Below are positions 7,809-14,359 of a DNA stretch of 14,359 nt, in pieces. The DNA is taken from positions 1 to 14,359 of the forward strand of contig JBBRAE010000053.1 of assembly GCA_038207085.1 (NCBI GenBank), written 5' to 3'. Source of the DNA: Armatimonadota bacterium. GTDB lineage: Bacteria > Armatimonadota > UBA5829 > DTLH01. Within the stretch, counting starts at the first letter, position 1; every line of letters starts with the position of its first letter. The translations under genes and the position numbers were made by a program. The notes beneath the pieces were generated by a model. The model saw nothing but the letters and a program-made list of their open reading frames with translations. It did no database searches and had not been told where the DNA came from.

Positions 7809-8276
7809 CTAATTGACTGTATCGTCACTTCCGAGTTTTGCCCACCAGGGGTGACTATCTTCCCGATCGTCTACCATATCCAGGCAGACGGGTTCGATCT
7901 CAAGCTTGCCGTTATATCTATAACTGCGGAGCCCTGCGCACATTACCTCGTGCTTGCGGATCATCTGCTGAGCGGCTTCGACTTGTTCGTCAGGCACATA
8001 CAGATAGAATCTGACGCAGGAATCGCCGAGTGCTTTCCATTTTCGCGCCTGTTCCTCACAAATATCACCGGCAGCCACGTGTCCCACGGCCACAACGTCG
8101 CCGTTTTCAGTGGCGAGGATGTCGGGAACAGCGCCGAGCTGTGCGCCTTCCGGCAGTTTCTCGGGTTTGGCGAGCACGTTCCAACCGTCCAAACCGAACC
8201 TGTGAGCGGCGATGTCCTGAACCACTCGATCGTGGATAATATCATTATGAAGATCGACTTCTGAGGCTAGTTTCAA
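7809..8276 (-). CDS. Hypothetical protein, PD-(D/E)xK restriction-endonuclease-like fold, apparently degenerate
   Basis: TTG at 8276 preceded by AGAAAGGAG. Pattern HDRVV..., VPDILA...VVAVGHV, W..LG...FYLYVP. Fold assignment is pattern recognition only. Confidence 0.65.
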   Translation of the reverse strand: MKLASEVDLHNDIIHDRVVQDIAAHRFGLDGWNVLAKPEKLPEGAQLGAVPDILATENGDVVAVGHVAAGDICEEQARKWKALGDSCVRFYLYVPDEQVEAAQQMIRKHEVMCAGLRSYRYNGKLEIEPVCLDMVDDREDSHPWWAKLGSDDTVN

Positions 8277-8365
8277 TGTTTGCAGGCTCCTTTCTAAACA
8301 GGGGGTCCTCACTTGGGGACCTCTCTATGCTTATCAGACTGCCTGTTGCTCTGGGATGTTCCCGA

Positions 8366-8914
8366 TTATGCGGCTCTATCTAACATTGGGGACAACATTT
8401 TACACACGCCGTTGATAACGACCTCGGGCTCGATCTTGGCCGCGCGTCCTTCGAGCCATGCCGACACCAGTTGAAACCCAATATCCGCCGCAACGATCGC
8501 TTCTACTTTGGACGGATAATCGGTCACGAGGTAGAAGTGCGTGTTGATCCCGGCCTCAATATCCCCTGAGCGCTGCCCGCAGTAGGCTGAGCAGTGATTG
8601 GTGCGTCGGCTGAGCAGGTACAGCACAACGTGTTCGAGCAGATGTGGGATATTGGTCCCGGCCTCGATCTCTTCACGAAACGTGTGCTTCTCATGCTCGG
8701 TCCCAGCTCCTCCGCAGGAGTGCGCAAGCGGGCTATCGTCGTCCGGGAATATCCCGGGCAGCGCGTACTCCATCATCCGTTCAATGTTCGGAATCTGGGA
8801 GGTCGTAAGCTCGAGCTTGTCTTCCATGTCAAGCACAAGCACCATCTTGGGTGCAAAGTGCCCGTCATCAAAACGGGATTCAACATCTTGAAATACTGTG
8901 CGGATGATCTTCAG
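8366..8914 (-). CDS. Stand-alone cyanophycin synthetase N-terminal-domain-like protein (putative metallopeptidase)
   Basis: TSQIP..., ALPG, HSC (8714-8722), F.EEIEAGT..PHLLEHVVL.L (HLLEH at 8630-8644) resemble CphA residues ~30-90. Frame is open upstream of ATG 8845 to CTG 8914, which follows an AGGAG RBS. Start position uncertain. Confidence 0.75.
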   Translation of the reverse strand: MKIIRTVFQDVESRFDDGHFAPKMVLVLDMEDKLELTTSQIPNIERMMEYALPGIFPDDDSPLAHSCGGAGTEHEKHTFREEIEAGTNIPHLLEHVVLYLLSRRTNHCSAYCGQRSGDIEAGINTHFYLVTDYPSKVEAIVAADIGFQLVSAWLEGRAAKIEPEVVINGVCKMLSPMLDRAA

Positions 8915-8941
8915 TTCATATCTCCTGAGTAAGTTGTGAAC

Positions 8942-8970
8942 ATTATATCAAATGTGTAACTGTGCAGCAA
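8942..8970 (-). promoter_or_regulatory. sigma70-type promoter for the CphA-N-like unit
   Basis: Minus strand TTGCTG (8970-8965)-N17-TATAAT (8947-8942) with extended TG (8950-8949). Confidence 0.75.
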
Positions 8971-9068
8971 GTGCCCAGGAGGAGCGCATCTTAGCGGTCG
9001 GGCAGGCCAGAACGTCCGTAGTGTCCATCCGCCGACCCAATCATCGATCATGCTCGATAACTGAGCTG

Positions 9069-9116
9069 GGGGACAGATTCCCCTAAAACGGCGTCCGGGG
9101 ACAGATTCCCCGGACG
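9069..9116. repeat. Twin-hairpin 48-bp element, copy 1 (possible terminator or REP)
   Basis: GGGGACAGATTCCCC present twice; the second copy is extended to a 10-bp stem CGTCCGGGGA/TCCCCGGACG; 11 nt past the stop at 9128. Confidence 0.6.
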
Positions 9117-9127
9117 AACGTACGCGT

Positions 9128-10120
9128 CTACTTCTGATAGAACTTTCGAGTCTCGATCGCGATGCGCACCATCCCATCATCGGACTTGGGCAGGAAGGTT
9201 ATCAGGTCTTCGATCACATCGCTTGGCCCCTGAATGGTGACTCCGTCGTCGAGGACGTAGGTGCGCTTGCGGGCCTGTCGCTCGGAGAACTCGCGGTCGG
9301 GCTGGAAGTCGAGCTGGGTCATGCCCTTGTCGAGCATGCGCCCTAGGTAGTCGTCGCGGAGCATTTCGTTCGGGATCACGCGCTCTGCAAGCTCTTCGAG
9401 GTCGAGCGCGTCCTGCTGTGTTCCTTCACGGATCGCCTGCGTCAGCTCCATCGCAAGCTCCGTGCTGAGGTTCTCAGAGTTTGCGTCGAGCCACTTGGCG
9501 GTCTCGCCGAGGACGATCTTGGTCATTTGGCGCGGGGTCGCGAGCTCCTCACACTGCAGGAACTCCGGCACCCAGTAGTCGTCGCCATTGTCGGCCCTGT
9601 AGAGCATATCGTAACGGGTCTCTTCGTTATACGCCCGGATGATAGCCCAGGTGACGAGCCCGTGGGCAGCGTCGGGCATAACAAGCATCTGCTGGAGCGC
9701 AGCCTGGGTGTCGCCGTCTTTGAGATAAACTCTCATCGGGTCGAGCTTCAAGAGGGCGATGAATCGGTCGCCGGTGTCGCTGTCGATAAACGGACAGATC
9801 GCAAGATCGGCTGTGACGCCGTTTTCGCGCTCGATCTGCTTCTGGAGCCACCAGGCTACTGCGTGGGACACATCATAGAACGACGTGACGCCTTCTTCGA
9901 TCATCCTTCCGCAGGCCGCGGCGATCGCGCTATCTGAGGCGAAGAACTTGCCCATGCGGGTCTGCGTGGACTTCAGGCAGGACTTTATATGGTCCTCAAA
10001 GTAGGCTCGGACGTCTTCGTCGAGCGCGAGTTGCTCTTCCGCGAGCATCGGCGCGTCGCCTGTGCTGTCGGCTGTGTGTAAGATTGCCCATTCAATCTCA
10101 ATCCTCTGGATTGATTGCAT
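9128..10120 (-). CDS. Nucleoid-associated protein (NA37/YejK/NdpA-like)
   Basis: 330 aa, acidic. N-terminal IEIEWAILH...L, YF..HI, DLAIC, FIALLKLD, YW..EFL.C pattern. AAGGAGA RBS. Confidence 0.75.
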   Translation of the reverse strand: MQSIQRIEIEWAILHTADSTGDAPMLAEEQLALDEDVRAYFEDHIKSCLKSTQTRMGKFFASDSAIAAACGRMIEEGVTSFYDVSHAVAWWLQKQIERENGVTADLAICPFIDSDTGDRFIALLKLDPMRVYLKDGDTQAALQQMLVMPDAAHGLVTWAIIRAYNEETRYDMLYRADNGDDYWVPEFLQCEELATPRQMTKIVLGETAKWLDANSENLSTELAMELTQAIREGTQQDALDLEELAERVIPNEMLRDDYLGRMLDKGMTQLDFQPDREFSERQARKRTYVLDDGVTIQGPSDVIEDLITFLPKSDDGMVRIAIETRKFYQK

Positions 10121-10135
10121 TAGAGAACTGTCTCC

Positions 10136-10363
10136 TTATGTGACTTTTTGCCATTTGGTAAAATCGCCGGTCGGTACAACGACAAATGGCTCCGGCTTGG
10201 TCTTGTCGTCGTGCTCAAGATAGACTTCGCCTTCCTTGACTCCAAGAAAGGTGCAGATCTGCCCCTGCGGGCCTTTCACCTTGTCCAACCGCTTGATGCC
10301 GAAAATGCTCGGCCCCGTGCCAGCGATATACTCACGTCTCTGAACGGCTGCTGGTTTTCTCAT
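10136..10363 (-). CDS. Small hypothetical protein (75 aa), possibly SH3/KOW-like beta barrel
   Basis: GGAGGAG RBS directly before ATG 10363; beta-strand-like pattern DKVKGPQGQICTFLGVKEGEVYL; its stop abuts the RBS of the NA37-like gene. Confidence 0.75.
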   Translation of the reverse strand: MRKPAAVQRREYIAGTGPSIFGIKRLDKVKGPQGQICTFLGVKEGEVYLEHDDKTKPEPFVVVPTGDFTKWQKVT

Positions 10364-10392
10364 AATCTCCTCCATCAAAAGAGCTATGAGTT

Positions 10393-10422
10393 AGTGTAAA
10401 GGGTAAAGCCCAAAGTGTAAAG
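10393..10422 (-). promoter_or_regulatory. Candidate promoter overlapping direct repeats
   Basis: Minus strand TTTACA (10421-10416)-N17-TACACT (10398-10393); AGTGTAAAG repeated at 10393 and 10414. Confidence 0.4.
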
Positions 10423-10471
10423 TATTATCCCTGTATAGATCGGGTGGGAGTAAACTCCCTTGTCTTCTATT

Positions 10472-10554
10472 TCGCACGCGATGAATATCGCGTGCGATCG
10501 TGGTCTATGAATATTGCGTGCGATCGTGGTCTATGAATATCGCGTGCGATCGTG
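10472..10554. repeat. Hairpin plus 26-bp tandem repeat (about 2.8 copies)
   Basis: Stem TCGCACGCGAT-GAAT-ATCGCGTGCGA (10472-10497); unit ATGAATATYGCGTGCGATCGTGGTCT at 10481, 10507 and 10533 (partial). Confidence 0.85.
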
Positions 10555-10584
10555 AGCAAATCCGGGCCAACGTACAATTTGTCT

Positions 10585-12603
10585 TCACTCTGAACTCGTA
10601 ACCGGAACCGTAATCCCAGATTCTAATTCGACTTTGGAGTACTGTTTTACCTCCCCATTTATTTGGAGTCGGTAATTTCTTCCTCTGAGGCCACTGAATC
10701 GCACCTGTGGGTTCGGCCCTCCGCCGTCTCGGAGGTCAAACGAGATCGACCCACTCGCGATCGACAGCCCGTCGATCCTGCACGGCCCAAGCACATAGGC
10801 CGCTCTGCCTCGAACGTCTATCAGGGCAGAGGCAAACCTGTTGGCCGACCAGCACTGCACTCCCGCCGACTCACTGTCACCAAGCGCGATCCCCGAGTGC
10901 AGCGCGGCGGTCGAGCGCTCGATCAAGTCGACCCGCTTTGTCACCTGATAATATTCTAGCAGCGTCCGTGCAAACGCGCCGTGCGCCACGGGCCCGTCAA
11001 ACGCGTTTCCTGGAGAGAACGCGCCGGGGTGCTCGCTCCACGTGTCCTGCAGCCAGAGCATCTGGTTGAGCGCCGTCTGACCGGTCTTCAGGCAGGCGCT
11101 GTCCTCTGTGAGCCGATACATCGCGATCGCCAGGTCCGCCGCGTGACGCATAGCGTTAGCCCCCTGCACCGGTACGCAGGTATGAACATCTTTGGTCTCG
11201 ATGACCCCTGCTAGAAAAGTCTCTTTGTCGTGGAACCTGCACCGGGACACAAGCGTCGACGTGAGCTTCATAACCCGAGCCGCCGCAGCAAGGTAACGTC
11301 GCTCCCCCGTCGCCTTGTAAAGTCCCGCTAGGAACCTCCCCGCCGCCGCTGATTCCAGAGTGTCTTTCAGCTCGGGTAGAGGCGCGAGGTCCTCTGAGAA
11401 CCGTAACGCAAACCCGCCGTTAGCCGACTGATTGGCGACCAGAAAGTCTCCGTAAGCCGTGCAAGCCGCAAGGAGTCTTGTGTTACCCCCAAAGTCCCTA
11501 TGGATCGCAAGCATCCACCTCATCGCCTGGGACGTCGTCGCCGTGTCGAGATCGAACACCCCTTCCGGCCTCTGTCGTCCAAGCATCTGAGCGATCGCCC
11601 GATTCGCCCGATGCACGTCTTCAACTGACTTCGGCCTTGATTTAATCGCGTAGGCAGTCGCAAGATCGTCGGAGGTGTCCGAGGGCGTATTCTCAAGCGT
11701 GGTCGGATAGAGCCCACGCCGCGCCCTGCGCCACAGAAACTCCTGAACCGGTTCACAGGCCGCGCGGGACTTGGCTTCGGCGTCGATGTATATCCAAAAA
11801 CTGTAGGAGACGGCTCCTGGTTCGGGACGAAACACCATCCCCCGGTCGTGCCGCGAGAAGTGGCCGTCCGGGACCGAGTCGCAGAACCCGCAGGCGAGTA
11901 TGGGAGCGGCGAGCACCCCGTTTCGCAGGTCGATGTCGAGCGCAAGCGGCATCTCACCGGTCCGTTCGCGCTCGGGAATAATCGCCGCCGCAAGCTTTCT
12001 GTGCTGCGCGAGCACCACAGCGGAGCCAAACGACCGCTCAGCCACGATGTGATCGTCCTCGGGCCGAAGCACGGGCGACCACGCGTAATCGAGCTTGCCA
12101 TAGCGGTCGAGAAGCATTCCATCGGGCAGAAACGCAAACGCGCTCATCAGATACTCAAACAAGTGTGGCCGCCGCGACGGCAAAAAGCACGCATCAGCAG
12201 TCACTTTGACAAACTTGGAGCCCGGGAAAAGTGTGATAGTCGAGGCAAGCCCGCACTCGGCGTTTCCACCTGTGAGCTTGACTGCGACGGTGCTTCCGTC
12301 CTCGATAACTTTGGCTTCGGTGTAGCCGAGGCGTATTGATTCACGGCTCAGTTCAAACAGGTGCTGCCTGTGCCCTGAGAACATGGGGTCGGCGTGCGTA
12401 CGGTGCTCCGTGAAAGGGATAAGATCGCGGTGGATGGTCGAGAGGATCAAACGTTCCTCACCTGTCCGGTCGACGCCGCAAAACTCCTGCACGTACCCGC
12501 CGTCGCGGTAGATGAGTCGCAGCCGCACGTCCTTGTTCGCCAGGACTATATCGCGGCCGGACCGACTAACAAAAAGGTCCGATTCCTCGCCCTTCACCTT
12601 CAA
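10585..12603 (-). CDS. Hypothetical 672-aa protein: N-terminal beta-rich region plus (alpha/alpha)-barrel, six-hairpin glycosidase-like
   Basis: Long ORF with helical-hairpin repeats (LY.ATGERRYLAAA, MYRLTED..CL, EYYQVTK..DLIERS; Q..EG.F, Q..NGGF). Start is TTG 12603 or GTG 12597. Function unassigned. Confidence 0.7.
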   Translation of the reverse strand: MKVKGEESDLFVSRSGRDIVLANKDVRLRLIYRDGGYVQEFCGVDRTGEERLILSTIHRDLIPFTEHRTHADPMFSGHRQHLFELSRESIRLGYTEAKVIEDGSTVAVKLTGGNAECGLASTITLFPGSKFVKVTADACFLPSRRPHLFEYLMSAFAFLPDGMLLDRYGKLDYAWSPVLRPEDDHIVAERSFGSAVVLAQHRKLAAAIIPERERTGEMPLALDIDLRNGVLAAPILACGFCDSVPDGHFSRHDRGMVFRPEPGAVSYSFWIYIDAEAKSRAACEPVQEFLWRRARRGLYPTTLENTPSDTSDDLATAYAIKSRPKSVEDVHRANRAIAQMLGRQRPEGVFDLDTATTSQAMRWMLAIHRDFGGNTRLLAACTAYGDFLVANQSANGGFALRFSEDLAPLPELKDTLESAAAGRFLAGLYKATGERRYLAAAARVMKLTSTLVSRCRFHDKETFLAGVIETKDVHTCVPVQGANAMRHAADLAIAMYRLTEDSACLKTGQTALNQMLWLQDTWSEHPGAFSPGNAFDGPVAHGAFARTLLEYYQVTKRVDLIERSTAALHSGIALGDSESAGVQCWSANRFASALIDVRGRAAYVLGPCRIDGLSIASGSISFDLRDGGGPNPQVRFSGLRGRNYRLQINGEVKQYSKVELESGITVPVTSSE

Positions 12604-12752
12604 CCTCTGATAATGCTTGCAATTCTTCTTGTGGGTAAGCGACCTGCGCCAGTAACGAGGTCAGCCAAGGCAATGATAACATTCTCTGTGACGGGCTGTC
12701 TAGCAGACAAGCGGAGGATTTTTGCAGATCTGGGGGTGAGAAGAGGGGGTAA

Positions 12753-12842
12753 TGGCGGAGCGAGTGGGATTCGAACCCACGAACGGGAAACCCGTTACAG
12801 CATTTCCAGTGCTGCTCCTTCGACCAACTCGGACATCGCTCC
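12753..12842 (-). tRNA. tRNA-Ser (GGA)
   Basis: Minus strand: acceptor stem GGAGCGA/TCGCTCC-G-CCA, anticodon arm CAGCA-CTGGAAA-TGCTG, long variable arm AACGGG-TTT-CCCGTT, T arm GTGGG-TTCGAAT-CCCAC. Confidence 0.97.
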
Positions 12843-12853
12843 GTAACCATAGG

Positions 12854-12882
12854 ATATTACCATACAAAGCACGTCTGGTCAA
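12854..12882 (-). promoter_or_regulatory. sigma70-type promoter for tRNA-Ser
   Basis: Minus strand TTGACC (12882-12877)-N17-TAATAT (12859-12854) with TG extension. Confidence 0.65.
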
Positions 12883-12960
12883 TATAGAAATTAGCGCCAA
12901 GGAGATTGCCTTTCCACTGTCTAAGTAATCAATAGCGCACCAACGATTGGAGTAATCACA

Positions 12961-13833
12961 TTGTACCTAACGGGATTTGCCGATGAAGCGGCAATAGACA
13001 TAGACGGCCAGATCAGGGCCACCAAAGAACTGGGCTGGGAATATATCGAGTCGCGCGCCGTGGGCGGCAAAAACATTCACGATATCTCAGACGAAGATTT
13101 TGATATCGTCTGCGGCAAACTCTCCGATGTTGGGGTGAAAGTGAACTGCTTCGGCTCGGCAGTCGCGAACTGGGGCAAGCGCATCGACGAGCCGTTTGAC
13201 TCAAGCCTTGAAGAAGCCCGCCGCGCAATCCCCCGAATGCAGCGCCTCGGCGCCAAAATGATCAGAATCATGAGTTTCGCCGTCCTCCCGGACCGTGAAC
13301 CCGGCGATCAGATGGAAGAGGAGCGCTTCAGGCGCGTGCGCGAGCTTGTAAAAATGTTCTCCGACGCCGGGATCACCGCCGTCCACGAAAACTGCATGAA
13401 CTACGGAGGGATGGGCTGGACCTACACTCTTCGCCTGGTCGAAAACGTCCCGGGTCTGAAACTGGTATTCGACACCGGCAACCCCGTCTTCACCGACGAC
13501 CGTACCAAGGCCAAACCCTATCCCAAGCAGTCCGCGTGGGAGTTTTACAGTCACGTCAAAGACCACCTCGCCTACGTCCACATCAAGGACGGAATCTGGG
13601 ACTCTGAAAATGACAAATGCGCCTTCACCTACCCCGGAGAAGGCCACGGCGACGTGCGGAAAATCGTCAAAGACCTGATCGATAGCGGCTACGACGGCGG
13701 AATCTCAATAGAGCCCCACCTCGCCGTAGTCTTCCACGACGCAAGCATAACAAACGACGAGTCCATAAAATACGCCAACTACGTAGAATACGGCCGCCGA
13801 CTGATGAAACTAATAGAAGAAGCGCGAATCTGA
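12961..13833 (+). CDS. Sugar phosphate isomerase/epimerase family protein (xylose-isomerase-like TIM barrel)
   Basis: GGAG RBS and TTG start; GFADEA, IRIMSF, and metal-ligand motifs VHEN, VFDTGN, YVHIKD, ISIEPHL. Confidence 0.9.
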   Translation: MYLTGFADEAAIDIDGQIRATKELGWEYIESRAVGGKNIHDISDEDFDIVCGKLSDVGVKVNCFGSAVANWGKRIDEPFDSSLEEARRAIPRMQRLGAKMIRIMSFAVLPDREPGDQMEEERFRRVRELVKMFSDAGITAVHENCMNYGGMGWTYTLRLVENVPGLKLVFDTGNPVFTDDRTKAKPYPKQSAWEFYSHVKDHLAYVHIKDGIWDSENDKCAFTYPGEGHGDVRKIVKDLIDSGYDGGISIEPHLAVVFHDASITNDESIKYANYVEYGRRLMKLIEEARI

Positions 13834-13840
13834 AAGCGCC

Positions 13841-13950
13841 AGCCCGCTTGCTAACCTGCATTATTCACGAGGAGCGTGAATAATGCTTTGCTAGCGAGAG
13901 CTTTATTCGCTTCACGAATAAAGCGGGCTAACAGCTAATGGCTAATAGCT
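13841..13950. repeat. Nested palindromes (REP-like or terminator) plus heptamer repeats
   Basis: GCATTATTCACG/CGTGAATAATGC (13858-13886); GCTTTATTCG/CGAATAAAGC (13900-13924); outer AGCCCGCTT (13841-13849)/AAGCGGGCT (13921-13929); GCTAAYR x3 from 13927. Confidence 0.65.
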
Positions 13951-14147
13951 CAAGAGGAGGGGGCACTTGTCCGTAGACACCAGAGAGACGCAGGCCACCA
14001 CCCTGAGGTAAAGGGGACAGACACCTTTTCGTAGAACAGCTGATCTACCAGCGCGAAACCCTTTCGTGTTCTTCGTGTTTCAACATCACCCCCGATGGGG
14101 CGTGAGGGAATCTGTCAAGAACAGATTTTCGAGGTTGGCAAGCCTCC

Positions 14148-14195
14148 GGGGACAAACGTCCCCAAAACCTGCGCCGGGGAGGAATCTCCCCGGCG
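14148..14195. repeat. Twin-hairpin 48-bp element, copy 2
   Basis: GGGGAC-AAAC-GTCCCC, 8-nt linker, CGCCGGGGAG-GAAT-CTCCCCGGCG; same layout as 9069-9116. Confidence 0.6.
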
Positions 14196-14202
14196 ATCAC
14201 GA

Positions 14203-14358
14203 TTATACTCTACATTTGATGCTTTGGTGCGCCAAGATAAGCTCACCTGACACACCGGCCTGTGAGTGGCCGGGCTGCAATTGCTCATTCGGCAGGTAGC
14301 GCGCGGTCCGTGGCGGCAGGTAACTTCCGTTATGGAGCGACCGATAGCGCGATTGCGT
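14203..14358 (-). CDS. Possible C-terminus of a minus-strand gene entering from the right edge
   Basis: Open frame (...YLPNEQLQPGHSQAGVSGELILAHQSIKCRV*) ending 7 nt before the twin-hairpin element, mirroring the arrangement after the NA37-like gene; no family recognised. Confidence 0.3.
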   Translation of the reverse strand, partial: TQSRYRSLHNGSYLPPRTARYLPNEQLQPGHSQAGVSGELILAHQSIKCRV

Positions 14359-14359
14359 G

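Noticed and set aside
8911..9180. 89-aa minus-strand ORF
   Set aside because: Overlaps the NA37-like 3' end, the twin-hairpin repeat and a strong promoter; probably a shadow frame.
10481..10554. CRISPR array
   Set aside because: The 26-bp units are directly adjacent with no unique spacers, and no cas genes are in the window.
12566..12900. ORFs 12566-12850, 12700-12900 and 12394-12846
   Set aside because: They overlap tRNA-Ser or the 672-aa gene and have no protein-like features.
14066..14299. 77-aa plus-strand ORF
   Set aside because: Runs through palindromic repeats, has no RBS and no recognisable motif.
14300..14345. ZMP/ZTP riboswitch suggested by GGTC...TGGCGG...GGAGCGACC
   Set aside because: Lacks the conserved GACUG and GUGG/CCAC elements, and the downstream pseudoknot cannot be seen in the window.

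Overview
GC-rich bacterial chromosomal segment; the gene mix suggests an Armatimonadota-like lineage, which is inference only. In order: the 3' part of a 5S rRNA gene and its terminator; a secreted beta-propeller protein; a four-gene cluster (ABC ATPase, ABC-2 permease, small His-rich membrane protein, TPR-like protein) behind a sigma28-like promoter; a REP-rich spacer; a MATE transporter divergent from gpsA; and a small Cys-rich protein. A minus-strand three-gene unit follows: a stand-alone cyanophycin-synthetase N-domain-like protein with a C..HxxEH metal motif and a probable CTG start, a degenerate PD-(D/E)xK-fold protein and a 3-TM protein. Next come a nucleoid-associated (NA37/YejK-like) gene with a small partner, a 672-aa (alpha/alpha)-barrel-like hypothetical, tRNA-Ser(GGA), a sugar-phosphate isomerase/epimerase and a second palindrome-rich spacer. 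The CphA-N-like unit is the best candidate for an undescribed system. All family calls come from motif recognition, not database searches.
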